Below, in pieces: positions 12,170-25,321 of a DNA stretch of 64,000 nucleotides. Origin of the DNA: Octopus bimaculoides (Eukaryota); contig NC_068995.1 of NCBI RefSeq assembly GCF_001194135.2, positions 38,848,705-38,912,704 on the forward strand, written 5' to 3'. Both the position numbers and the translations under genes were made by a program. Under the pieces are notes generated by a model. It worked only from the letters and a program-made list of their open reading frames with translations, was not told the DNA's origin and did not search any database. Within the stretch, counting starts at the first letter, position 1; the number at the start of each line of letters is the position of its first letter.

Positions 12170-13481
12170 AGCAAAAATATCACAGAGGGTTAGCATTTAT
12201 CTTGGAGAATAACTACTTCGTCTTCAGAGACAACTTCTATCGACAAAAATCGGGGACTGCGATGGGTACGAGAATGGTCCACCTCCTTTGGTAACCTATT
12301 CATGGGATATCTGGAAATTAGTCTTTATTGTAAGGTTCTAGAAAAATACGGCAGCCCGTTCTCCCTCTACATAGAAAATAACTGGTAGAGGCACCTGGAT
12401 GAATGCTTCATTCTTTGACATGAAAGTATAGAGAGACTTAAAGAATTTCAAGCACTTATAAATGGATTTGACGTAAACATTCAATTCACGATGGAATATA
12501 GCCATCAACAGTTTCTTTTCCTCTCATTAAGAAATCTAACAACGTAATAGAAACAAATATATACTATGAGACCACAGACTCCAAGCACTGTTTACTGTTC
12601 AAATCATACTACTCCAGATACACCAGAATTAATATCCCCATCAGCCTAGCAAAAAGGATATGTACTATAGTTTCTAATACCAGCACCAGGGACATACGAC
12701 TACATGAATTAAAGGATACACTCATCAACAGGAACTACCCAGCTTCACTAATTGACATATGCTTTCAACATGCCCTACAACTCAACTTCCACGAAAACAG
12801 ACATCCCAAATTAAAGATGTATTTACAACCAAAATCCCTACCATGCATCTCCACACACAACCTTCTTAACAACAAAGCCTTCGACACCATCCTTCAAAAC
12901 ATTCCCCTGCAAAAAAGGACGACAGAATGAATTTAATCCTCTAAACACACCGTCATAAACAGCAAGAGAGAGCCCAAATCTATGAAAAGTCACCTAATAC
13001 AAGCCCGAATAAGCTAAACGACAACACTGAAGCCGTCAATGAAAAAAATGTGGAAGACCCAACTGTGGGATATGTGTTAATTTAATTGAGGGATCGGGGT
13101 TCTCTTTCGAACAGGGACAATGTTTCACAGGGAAAATCATCTTCACATGTACTTCGGAGAACATAATATACGCATTAACTTGCTCCCGGTGTCAAGAGCA
13201 ATACAAAAAAGAGCCAAACAAAAAACAGTCTACGCCAATGGATGGCTCTACACAGTTCCCAGATCAAGATTCCCAAAAATAGAAAAATAGCATTCAGGCA
13301 ACGCATCGACATTTGTGCCAATAACAAGAAGCCAAGCTTCAGAATTTTTCCCCTCTACCAATTCAGGGACAATACAACCTGTAGCCAAAGAATTAGTAAA
13401 GACACTCTCTTTATTATAAGATCTAGACACCTTTCAAACGCATCTACAACAAAGGACATATCTACTGCGGCCTTAGAATAA
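12170..13481 (+). mobile_element. Penelope-like element, 5'-truncated: RT, Cys linker and GIY-YIG endonuclease (Neptune-like), degenerate
   Basis: ILENNYFVFRDNFYRQKSGTAMGT, W*RHLDECFIL, IQFTMEYS, LAKRICTIVS...LHELKDTLINRNYP, Cys linker KKCGRPNCGIC and SENIIYALTCSRCQEQY; frameshifted. Confidence 0.92.
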
Positions 13482-13620
13482 CACACACGCAAATACTAAA
13501 AATGAGACATTCAAGAGATACGAAAGAATTAATTAAAAACAGTCCCAGTCACTGCTATAATCCACAACGATCCAATTTTAGGTCCATTTAACATTCTACT
13601 ACAATCATAGAACTCCCGCG

Positions 13621-13708
13621 TTCTTCTTCTTCTTCTTCTTCTTCTTCTTCTTCTTCTTCTTCTTCTTCTTCTTCTTCTTCTTCTTCTTCTTCTTCTTCTT
13701 CTTCTTCT
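13621..13708. repeat. (TTC)n microsatellite
   Basis: Directly visible. Confidence 0.98.
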
Positions 13709-14404
13709 CTGCCAAGAATCCACAACGAGTAAACGAGAGAGACAGAGACGGGCACAAAGAAGGNNNNNNNNNNNNNNNNNNNNNNNNNNNNNNNNNNNNN
13801 NNNNNNNNNNNNNNNNNNNNNNNNNNNNNNNNNNNNNNNNNNNNNNNNNNNNNNNNNNNNNNNNNNNNNNNNNNNNNNNNNNNNNNNNNNNNNNNNNNNN
13901 NNNNNNNNNNNNNNNNNNNNNNNNNNNNNNNNNNNNNNNNNNNNNNNNNNNNNNNNNNNNNNNNNNNNNNNNNNNNNNNNNNNNNNNNNNNNNNNNNNNN
14001 NNNNNNNNNNNNNNNNNNNNNNNNNNNNNNNNNNNNNNNNNNNNNNNNNNNNNNNNNNNNNNNNNNNNNNNNNNNNNNNNNNNNNNNNNNNNNNNNNNNN
14101 NNNNNNNNNNNNNNNNNNNNNNNNNNNNNNNNNNNNNNNNNNNNNNNNNNNNNNNNNNNNNNNNNNNNNNNNNNNNNNNNNNNNNNNNNNNNNNNNNNNN
14201 NNNNNNNNNNNNNNNNNNNNNNNNNNNNNNNNNNNNNNNNNNNNNNNNNNNNNNNNNNNNNNNNNNNNNNNNNNNNNNNNNNNNNNNNNNNNNNNNNNNN
14301 NNNNNNNNNNNNNNNNNNNNNNNNNNNNNNNNNNNNNNNNNNNNNNNNNNNNNNNNNNNNNNNNNTATATAAAACATATATATGCGAATATATATGGTAT
14401 GTGC

Positions 14405-14512
14405 GTCATTTCCTGTTCATTCTGATGAGGGGGTCATTGCCGATATGCGCATTAAATGTCATCGAACCTCTGCAATGAACTCCCGATATGGCCGTAAGTA
14501 TGTTTGAAATGT
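14405..14512 (+). ncRNA. Degenerate type I hammerhead ribozyme, probably in the Penelope pseudo-LTR
   Basis: CTGATGA at 14422-14428; 12-bp stem II (GGGGGTCATTGC / GCAATGAACTCCC, one bulge); GATA in place of GAAA at 14485; near-palindromic TGGCCG then a GTA triplet; distal stem I CATTTC/GAAATG in exact register. Confidence 0.55.
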
Positions 14513-16046
14513 ATTTTGTGGAACTCTTTTTGCTTTTGGATTCTAACCTACCATGGTTTTAAGAAGGGAACGTTTTGGACGTACTCTTGTCTCAGGGGAA
14601 TAAAAAATATTTTTAAAACATTGTTTTAGTCGATTAATATTTTATTTTATCTTCGTTTATTTAGGTGTTTAGTAGCATGACACGCTTTACGATTTTTATG
14701 AATTTTTAATTGTTAGTATTTAGCTTGTTGATGGGCTGTTCTATATATTTGTATTTTATTCGCATATATATTTTTAGCTTCTGTGTTTTTTTATATGTAT
14801 ATTTTTATATGTGTAAGAACCATGGTAATATTTATATATGATCAAATGTTTGAGGTATAGTGCTATATATAGTCGTTGACTCGAATTTGATGTTTGTACT
14901 ATGATCAATATTTCTGTATCTCTGTCTCAAATATATTTGAGCACTTTATTTTTGCAGTCCTATAAACCCTTTTGTTTCCATAATAAGAGGCAAACATTAT
15001 TTCTTGTTGTATATATATATATATACATATGCATACATACACGTAAAATATGCACATATATAGCGTATATCTTGAAAAATACAACTACAAGTGTATAGAC
15101 AGTAAGACTACTGTAATTATATATGTATTAATGTTTTTTTTATATTCGCGCGCACATGAGTGAGTTACTCATTCGTTACAGAGGTGACACACATGGCTAT
15201 AGTAAAAATATTTATAAATTACTGACAAAGCTTTGGGTTCCCTACCAGAAATTCATATATTTTTGATTTTGAAGAAAACCCACATATATGTGAAATTCAT
15301 GTCCTGTTTTTCTTTTTTGTTTGTTCTTCCTTTTTTAATAGACGTTTTTCATTTGCTACATTGTGTAAAATATAACTGGAAACAAGTTCCTCACTGATAT
15401 GTAATTGTAATATTTATCCAAAATATAAAATATCTGATTATACTTGATTGTCTTCTGTCTCATAGCGTATCAATAACGTTACCAATGTATTTAAAAATAA
15501 CGAATCTCGAATCTTACAAACACTTTATAAGAATCTGTGTTTTCGTACCCTCTACGATTCTTATTTTACATCTTTTAACTCTCAATTATTTACATGACGC
15601 TATTATTGCTCATTGAATTTCATATCAATATTTTTTATAGGTTGGAAACCGCTAGACAACCTGCATAATTGTGTTTTGTTAAAATGAAACGTTGGATGAA
15701 ATGACAATTATCAAAAATGTGTCGATATTTTTGCATCAGCATCATACCAGTGTAATTGACAAAGCTGGCTACTGCTTTTTGTAATATCGATTTGGTGCAA
15801 TAGGACATAGAGAGTTTATTGCTTTAGAGTCGTTAATGAAATTGTCGTGATACATTGTTTAAATACGTTACATTTGCTATTGCCAGATGTACTTGAAATA
15901 AGCTGAAGTGAAGTCAAATGAAATTTGAATCGGTGTGTAGAGTTTGCCTAATTATACGCAATAGCAAATGGTTTATTTTAAATTGTTAAATTTGAATGGT
16001 TGTTAATGAACGGAGAAAATAGGAAATATATTAATCATTTCTAATA

Positions 16047-16250
16047 TAAGCACAAGGCCTGAAATTTGGCCGTAGGGGATAGTCTATTGCATCGACCCCA
16101 GTACTCAACTGGTACTTAATTTATTGACCCCAGAAGGATGTAAGGCAAAGTTAGGCTCGGCGGAATTTCAACTCAGAACGTAGTGACGAGCGAAATACCG
16201 CTATGCATTTTGCCCTGTGTGCTATCGGTTTTGCCATATCGCTGCCTTTA
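16047..16250 (-). mobile_element. tRNA-derived SINE (central core GCCGAGGTCGACTTTGCC..CATCC..GGGGTC type)
   Basis: Minus strand AAGGCAGCGATATGGCAAAACCG...GAGTTGAAATTCCGCCGAG...GGGGTCAATAAAATTAAGTACCAG; the same family recurs at 25093, 34140, 35378, 35620 and 58303. Confidence 0.85.
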
Positions 16251-17193
16251 GGAAGTACAATAATGAAGATCTACAGGTGGCCATTAGCATTTAGCTTTAT
16301 ACATTGTCTTTCGTGATATTTTGGTGCCTTTTCGTACTCGGGTTCTCATTAACGATGACCATAATATACGGCAACAAGAGTATACAGCATTAACCACGTG
16401 TACAGTGAAACATTTTAATAGATTACCGTATTTCATTGGTATATAAGACGCAAATTTATTACAACAAGTATCCCAAAAATATCTTCCCATGATATATACG
16501 TAAAGATGGACATGCCATAGGCATTAATGATCTATCAATAGTTTTGATAAATGTTCGTTTTATATGCTGGTGCGTTTTATATCACATTAAATACTACAAA
16601 TCAAATCCAGTACAAGATGTGTTAACTATTCACAAATACTTTTTTTTAAAGATTTGATCACAGTGTATCAGATAAAAGGATGATTTAACCCAACAATTGG
16701 TTTTATAAGATGTTTTATGACATCAGGAATTCTTAACAATAACAAAGATTAAAATTTCACTGGCAAATGTTTACGTTAAATGCGACAAGGATTGAAGCGC
16801 AAAACGTAAAAGTAATAAAAACAATTCGTGACTTTACACTTAGTGATGTATTTCAAGTATCATATAATTGTATGATAATGTTCTGCATTGAAGATATACA
16901 ATGAAATGCATGATTCAGTAGCACGACAATTTAACGCCGTTCTTCAGACAGCAAATACATTCCTTTCAAATTATATTCATTCATCTTGAAAAAGGAGAAA
17001 ATAAAAAAAAAAATATTAAATAGGAGAAAACTTCGCATAATTCACTCTTGAATATAATATTTAGAAATTAGATGAACTTTGATGAAATGATAAAATATCA
17101 AACAGTTGGACAACCTTGAACATGGAAACGTATTTAAAGTTGACGTGATGTCTATAGTACATAAGTGTGTACGTGTGTTTGTGTGTGTTTGGG

Positions 17194-17244
<51 letters not shown>

Positions 17245-18342
17245 CGAAAGCGAACGAGCTCACTTTAAGCTAGTATGTTATACATTGGATTCATATTTTA
17301 TCATATACCTCTCTAGCACATATACGTAAGTATGCATATGGCATGCATATTAGCAGCATGCTAGCAAGACGTACATTTTCAGGAAGCCGAAACAATAAAT
17401 CAAGAATGGGAAACACGTGTTTTTAATAGATATATATTCGTTATTAAACACAATATCATCGTAAATACCGTTATCATACGTTGGAGGATGTGTAGTGGAG
17501 CATTGAGCCCTCCTCATTTATATTTTAGTCAACCTTTTGATGCAAACCGAAATAAGTGGATGCATTTGTTTTTAAAATTGTTTCTTTCTACATATGTAGC
17601 TCTTCTTCTCAGTTGTCAAAAAGGATATCTAAACATTATTCTACATTAAGACATATGAACGCAACAGTACTGGGCTTAGTAAATTAATGTCCCTTTAGAG
17701 ACATAATAAACAATACAATGTGGAATGGAAAATTCTATTGAGAAACTTCCCATATGGCAAAGTTAAATCTTTCTGTCTGCTCTGTAACAAAGAGATATTT
17801 TTCATCTTTTTTTCCGACGAATACTCTTGTAAATACGTTTAAAGAACGCGTCTATCGTTCTAAACATAAGCAGAAACAACTTTAGTTCCAATAAACAATT
17901 TTAATCAATCTATAAAATTCGACCTTTAACTGTCTTCTGACATTTTCATTTCCAGTACACTTATCTATTTTTACGCTTTTAAAATTTATTCCCATTCATG
18001 TATCACATTATAATTTTCCACTCTTAATTTTCTGTTAATTTCTTTTTTCTCCTTCTCTTTCACAAAATTATCTTTGACGTTAAATCTATTAATAATTTAA
18101 AAAAAATTATAACTTGCTAGAGTTCTTCTTAGATCAAATACTTTTGTACGGGGTAATCACATGCAGTTAAAATGGCTTATTGATGTGTTTTGTTCTTTTT
18201 AACAACCCTGATGACATGACTGCTTTGTTTTACATTATTTGTCTTCCTTGCGGAATTATCTCAATACAGTTTTTGAAACGTATGTTGGAAGTATATTATG
18301 ATCTGAATAATACGAGCGTTTGACTCTATTTTTGAATGTATC

Positions 18343-18375
<33 letters not shown>

Positions 18376-18485
18376 GGATGTGAATTTATATATATGTATA
18401 TATATACATANNNNNNNNNNNNNNNNNNNNNNNNNNNNNNNNNNNNNNNNNNNNNNNNNNNNNNNNNNNNNNNNNNNNNNNNNNN

Positions 18486-18561
<76 letters not shown>

Positions 18562-19539
18562 ATATATATATATATTCATATATATGCGTATATACATATG
18601 TACATATAAATGAATACGCATGTGTGCAAAACCATATGAGCGCAACTACACACCCACATATACAATTATATACTTCTATATACCGCCCCTCCTAGTTCTT
18701 CTCCAAAAACACGACCGATTTTCGCGTTCGATGTTCTACCCACCACGCGGTCGATTTTCCAAATAATTATTACCGATAGAGCTACACCAAACCATGACAC
18801 TGCACGAACATCTTGGACCAATTGCAGCCCACCTTACGGTAATAGTAATCCATTTTATTCATTCAAATTAAAAATGGCTGAACTCTAGAATCACGCTTGA
18901 AACTCAAATGTACCAACGAATTTGAATCAAACCGTTTTGATTCATATATATTTATACTAGTTAAGGTACCCGGTAATACACGGGAGCGAGTATATTCTCA
19001 GTACCCGTTACAATGCCTCATTTCTACTAGACGAAAAATGAAATCAAGTCATAGGACGGATAATAGAAGGCGTAAGCAAATTCATTGACGAAACAATGAT
19101 ATATATATAAATACGTGTGGAATCGTGAAATGACAACTGCTTGGTCAGATGAGTGGAAAGCTGAAAACATCAAGAATGGGATTGTAAAGTTCAATGAAAA
19201 AATAAACAAAATTTGAAAAGTAAACAAAAGATTATTTAAGGAACAAGCTCCTAATTTGACGGCTGTGTATAGTTCTACTGATCGTGAGGACCAAATATCG
19301 ACTGCAACAGTTACAACCCACAATTGTAAGTGCGGGTGTTAAGAAACTACATGTTATATGTGTTTGCTCATAACGCTACATCGTTTAGAATCGCTAAAAT
19401 TAAGTGCAGGCATTATGAAAATGCAACTTACAGCAACCTGAGGATGCTGAAATAATTGATGAACATTTTAACTCCACAACAATTTAGGCCAAATTTAATT
19501 AATCAGTTAATCAAAAATTATATTACGCTTTGCTTGAAT

Positions 19540-19838
19540 GGCCCATGTAAAAAAATTATTTGTCGCAAACAATCCTTAGTGCATATTCCATCTATGTGTA
19601 AAGTTTCAGGAAAGTCGGTGGAAAACTTCAAAGGTTATGGCAGCGAATAACATTCATATGAGAATTTGCATTGAAATGTTCTATTGATTTTTTAAAATGG
19701 ATGCTGATAAAATAATTATCGATTTTCTTTTCAAATTCCAAGTGCGTAGGGCACCGCATGTGCATAAACCCCAGACGTGTGCCAAGTTTCACGAAGATCG
19801 GTTGGATAGTCTCAGACGAGTTAAAGTAACAATTTCAC

Positions 19839-19875
<37 letters not shown>

Positions 19876-19915
19876 AAACGAACAAACAGAAATCTCCATT
19901 TAAATGTGACTATAT
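19540..19915 (+). mobile_element. Possible non-autonomous Helitron-like repeat ending in (CA)n
   Basis: Twice-repeated TGTG..AAGTTTCA.GAA..TCGGT motif followed by (CA)n and ACAAACAGA; family assignment is from memory only. Confidence 0.35.
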
Positions 19916-20311
19916 GTATATATATATGCACACATTCTCTGTCGATTTCTCTCCCTCTCATGTTGTTCATCCTTTCTGTTTTTCTCTCCCACACTTTCCC
20001 TATTCTTCTCTCCCTTTCATCGTTCCCTCTCTCTCTCACTCTTCCTGTTAGACTCTCACGTCGCTGAAACGTGACGAAAGGGGATCTCCCTTTCTGTCCA
20101 ATTCCTCTCTAAAGAAAAGACGTCTCATTCCTGTCTCCTCTCATGGCTCGTCTACTTACCGTTCATAATAATTTTTCTATCGTCTTCTCTCAACAGCCCT
20201 CCCGTTTGTTTTTGTTGTTTCCTTCTCCCTCTCCTGTTCATGTTAACACTTTCCCCCTCCGCAAAAAGTCCTAAATTTATTTTCTTTGCTTTGCAGGAAG
20301 GACTGTTTCAA

Positions 20312-20400
20312 CGAAGTCGCGTATTGTCCTTGCCTTTGAAACGCGGAGAAAATGAAACAAGGACAACTGACGAAGAAGTATACTCGTTACTTTGCATGTC
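20312..20400 (+). ncRNA. Decayed hammerhead-like motif
   Basis: GTA (20321) directly before a 9-bp hairpin TTGTCCTTG/CAAGGACAA, then CTGACGA (20367), near-palindromic GAAGTATACTC, and GTTAC instead of GAAAC. Confidence 0.35.
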
Positions 20401-21798
20401 TCGTTTCTCTCTTTGTTCTTTTACGCTGTTCGAAAAAACGTTCGTTTCTCATTGTTTTTGGGTGTCCTGTACCCATATATGCGTGTATATATATATATAT
20501 ATACATATGTATGTGTGTACATATATGTCTGAATATATTGATATATTATATANNNNNNNNNNNNNNNNNNNNNNNNNNNNNNNNNNNNNNNNNNNNNNNN
20601 NNNNNNNNNNNNNNNNNNNNNNNNNNNNNNNNNNNNNNNNNNNNNNNNNNNNNNNNNNNNNNNNNNNNNNNNNNNNNNNNNNNNNNNNNNNNNNNNNNNN
20701 NNNNNNNNNNNNNNNNNNNNNNNNNNNNNNNNNNNNNNNNNNNNNNNNNNNNNNNNNNNNNNNNNNNNNNNNNNNNNNNNNNNNNNNNNNNNNNNNNNNN
20801 NNNNNNNNNNNNNNNNNNNNNNNNNNNNNNNNNNNNNNNNNNNNNNNNNNNNNNNNNNNNNNNNNNNNNNNNNNNNNNNNNNNNNNNNNNNNNNNNNNNN
20901 NNNNNNNNNNNNNNNNNNNNNNNNNNNNNNNNNNNNNNNNNNNNNNNNNNNNNNNNNNNNNNNNNNNNNNNNNNNNNNNNNNNNNNNNNNNNNNNNNNNN
21001 NNNNNNNNNNNNNNNNNNNNNNNNNNNNNNNNNNNNNNNNNNNNNNNNNNNNNNNNNNNNNNNNNNNNNNNNNNNNNNNNNAGAGAGTGAGAGAGAAAGA
21101 TAGATAGATAGATATATAGATATATAGATAGATAGATAGATAGATATATAGATAGATAGATAGATAGATACTAAAGCGTACGTGCTCACTTTAAGCTGGA
21201 TAGATAGTTAGAGGGATAGATTGATGTGTACAAATATATACACGTACATAAGTGCATAGATAGTAATTTACAAACATATGGAAACACACACAAACACATA
21301 TGCATGGTGGAAATTTAACTTATTGTTTCCGTAAATAACAAAGACCGGGATGCAGATGTAGATGTGTTTTAATTGCCCAGAGCCTATTGTACACTGCTCG
21401 TTACAGACGTATAAATAAAACGCATCTGATATATTGATATTTTTACAATACTGATGTAAAGAGTTATGTACGATCATGTACAAATTGATATATCATATAA
21501 ACGTACATGCTCAACCACTCATATGAAAAACTCGTGCATATATGAGTATTATATTGCAATATATAAAAAACAAGTTTATACGTGTGTAATTTTCGTCTGT
21601 CTATGTCTATATAGACATACATACACACACATACACATACACGCTCGCACGCACACATACATACACACACACACACGCATACACACATATACACGAGGAA
21701 TGCATGAAAAGTTTTGAACCTTGAAGTCTTGTACCTTCAACAGAAGTCTTGTACGATGTTTTGTTTATTTTAGGAGCAGGGCATTTCGTACACATTTG

Positions 21799-21840
<42 letters not shown>

Positions 21841-22653
21841 NNNNNNNNNNNNNNNNNNNNNNNNNNNNNNNNNNNNNNNNNNNNNNNNNNNNNNNNNNNN
21901 NNNNNNNNNNNNNNNNNNNNNNNNNNNNNNNNNNNNNNNNNNNNNNNNNNNNNNNNNNNNNNNNNNNNNNNNNNNNNNNNNNNNNNNNNNNNNNNNNNNN
22001 NNNNNNNNNNNNNNNNNNNNNNNNNNNNNNNNNNNNNNNNNNNNNNNNNNNNNNNNNNNNNNNNNNNNNNNNNNNNNNNNNNNNNNNNNNNNNNNNNNNN
22101 NNNNNNNNNNNNNNNNNNNNNNNNNNNNNNNNNNNNNNNNNNNNNNNNNNNNNNNNNNNNNNNNNNNNNNNNNNNNNNNNNNNNNNNNNNNNNNNNNNNN
22201 NNNNNNNNNNNNNNNNNNNNNNNNNNNNNNNNNNNNNNNNNNNNNNNNNNNNNNNNNNNNNNNNNNNNNNNNNNNNNNNNNNNNNNNNNNNNNNNNNNNN
22301 NNNNNNNNNNNNNNNNNNNNNNNNNNNNNNNNNNNNNNNNNNNNNNNNNNNNNNNNNNNNNNNNNNNNNNNNNNNNNNNNNNNNNNNNNNNNNNNNNNNN
22401 NNNNNNNNNNNNNNNNNNNNNNNNNNNNNNNNNNNNNNNNNNNNNNNNNNNNNNNNNNNNNNNNNNNNNNNNNNNNNNNNNNNNNNNNNNNNNNNNNNNN
22501 NNNNNNNNNNNNNNNNNNNNNNNNNNNNNNNNNNNNNNNNNNNNNNNNNNNNNNNNNNNNNNNNNNNNNNNNNNNNNNNNNNNNNNNNNNNNNNNNNNNN
22601 NNNNNNNNNNNNNNNNNNNNNNNNNNNNNNNNNNNNNNNNNATATATATATAT

Positions 22654-22719
<66 letters not shown>

Positions 22720-23537
22720 TTGTACAAATATATGTATGTACGTATGTCCATATATAGTTACGTATTCTGTGTTGCAGATCAATTGCGATGTCGGCAGCAT
22801 TTCTTCCACTAGATTTCTCTGAAGTGACATCAGAAGAGCATAAAGTTATTCAAACCAAACAGATAAAATCTAATCGACAAGAAAGCAAATATTTAGCTAC
22901 GATCTCTTAAGTAGACGATGAAGTAGACCGCCAGGCAGTCCGTCATTTTATATTACGTGAATGGACGAAAAATTTAACTTCTTAATCACACGTAAATACT
23001 GAATTAGAAAGATCTGTGAAGGCATGGCAAGTAAGATTTGTAAACGTAAATTTGTGTCGATGAACACTGGTGTTATGAACGCTAAAAATATTTAACTTTG
23101 GAAAAACAGCATTTCTCTTATTGATTTGTTAAACCATTTACGTAACAAATATCCTGCTAAATTAACTGCGTGGTATACGAAATATTACAAGTCAGTCACA
23201 ATAGTTCTATTTCTAAAACGTTGCATTTCTCAATAGTTGAATCCAAATACTTAACAATTTAGACAAAATTCTAAGTATACAATCGAGTAAAATGCTGATT
23301 TAGAACAAACGTTTGTACCGTTTCGCCAGCTGTGTCTCTTTCATACGTGACTGTATATGTCACATGATAGTCATATTATATATATATAGAAAATGGGGCT
23401 ATATAACTGACAAATTCGATAATTAAAATTTATTAATATAATAATATGTTGTAGTATATTCTTGTAATAATATAATAAATAATATGCTCTCTTATCTGCT
23501 AAACCCATACAGTCCTAACTTATATCTAAGAGTTCAT

Positions 23538-24330
23538 TCTAATCCCCCACTAACAGTAAAGAGCGTGACGTGCTTAGGGAGGTTTTCAGGCGTCTGGATA
23601 AATATGGTCGCCCTGCCCCTGTTGGGGCACAGACGGCATCTAGCCTGAAAGTATGTCTTTCGCTGCCTGTCACGATCAGGACAACCGACTTACCTTCGGG
23701 ATCCAGGAGGATAGTCGGTATTGCAAGATCCAGATTTTTCATAACCATCACAGCGATCCCGCCTCTAGCTCCCGGGAGATGCGTACACCTCATAGTTACC
23801 GAAAATAGGTTAGGAGTCCTGTGAGTCAGAAATTCTAGTTTCACTAATAGCCACCACGTCGACATTCAGTGCCCTGAGGTCGTTAAGCAGGTGACTCCGC
23901 TTCCAGGCCTACCCTCTTTGATTTTAGTCCGATTGTACGGTACGTCACCGAGCAACGTATCGTATCATGGATTGTTTCAAGTGGTTATTTAGCTTTACAG
24001 CTATTCCGTGTTTCTTGACTAGCTGTCTGACATGTTAAAGTTCCTCTTCAGAAATCTGTATTCACATGTGTGCTCCAGCATATTAGCGTCACCATGTTTT
24101 GTTTTGTTTTCTCCATGTTGGGTAGGGAAAAACGCAAACAACTATGACCTCAAAACAGAATGTATCAACCTGTCTCTCAAGACCGGGGGACAAATCAGGA
24201 AAATAACCTCACCACCTGCAGGAATTAAAATGTTGACCACGATGGTACAGACTTGATGGTACATATATTAAGTATTTTTCTTTTTCCAAGGAGCGAGCTC
24301 AAGCGAGGCTTGCCAGACTGACGGCCATAG
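23538..24330 (-). mobile_element. L1/Tx1-clade LINE fragment: start of the ORF2 AP-endonuclease plus upstream sequence
   Basis: HLLNDLRALNVDVVAISETR, then GGIAVMVMKNLDL..ILLDPEG..VVL...FRLDAVCAPTGAGR...LLLVGD*N (APE motifs of Tx1-type elements); frameshifted and cut off after GDxN. Confidence 0.85.
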
Positions 24331-24419
<89 letters not shown>

Positions 24420-24424
24420 ATAAA

Positions 24425-24466
<42 letters not shown>

Positions 24467-24535
24467 TATTATTATTATTATTATAATAATAATAATAATA
24501 ATAATAAAAATAATAATAATAATAATTATAATAAA

Positions 24536-24605
<70 letters not shown>

Positions 24606-24612
24606 TTAATAA
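24330..24612. repeat. Compound microsatellite (TAC)n-(TAA)n
   Basis: Directly visible. Confidence 0.98.
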
Positions 24613-25092
24613 TAAGGATCGTTTCCTTTTGATGGGCAACACGATTATTTTCTTTTTTTAACTAAACACTTTAATTTTAATAAACACATATGCGTGTGTG
24701 TGTTAGTACGTGTGTGCGTGCTTGAGCGTGTGTATGTATAGGACATGATTTCACAGAGTTTCCGTATTCCAAATTTACAACATAAGTCACTTAACCGTGT
24801 ACCGAATGGGATTGAAGCCGAAGCAGCGTGGATGCAGATTGACCCGCATGATGTGTGAGAAGGAAGAATCTCGAATTATACCTGTTATAGCAATATAAAT
24901 ACAAATACTATAAAAAAGGATCTCAAATCATGGCGCAGGGCCACCATTTTTGAAGAGTGGGGAAAACAACTATTTGGCCGACTCCTAAAGGGTGAAGGGC
25001 AAACTATGTAAGTATGCATCATGTACATTATATACCTAACTCGTTCTAACTCTTCTGGCAGCTCACCTCTTTACCAATTACAGACATATGGC

Positions 25093-25321
25093 TTTGAAAT
25101 TTTGGTACATGGCCAGCAATGTCAGGGATAGAGGTAAGTTGACAATATCTTTGTTAGTGCTCAACTTGTATATATCTTTGTAACCCTGAAAGGATGAATA
25201 GCAACTCAATCGCGGTGGTATTTGAACTCAGAACGTTAAAGTCGCATGAAATATTTACCTATATGATTGTGTGTATGTGTTCATGTAATATCACTGACCA
25301 TTGGGCGAACTCACCGCCTTA
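25093..25321 (-). mobile_element. Degenerate tRNA-derived SINE, same family as 16047-16250
   Basis: Contains CCCTGAAAGGATGAATAGC...ATTTGAACTCAGAACG and terminal TCACCGCCTT. Confidence 0.65.

Noticed and set aside
18730-18845. Tc1-like transposase fragment (minus strand WAAIG / SVMVW)
   Set aside because: Only two short words, with no surrounding DDE motifs or TIR.
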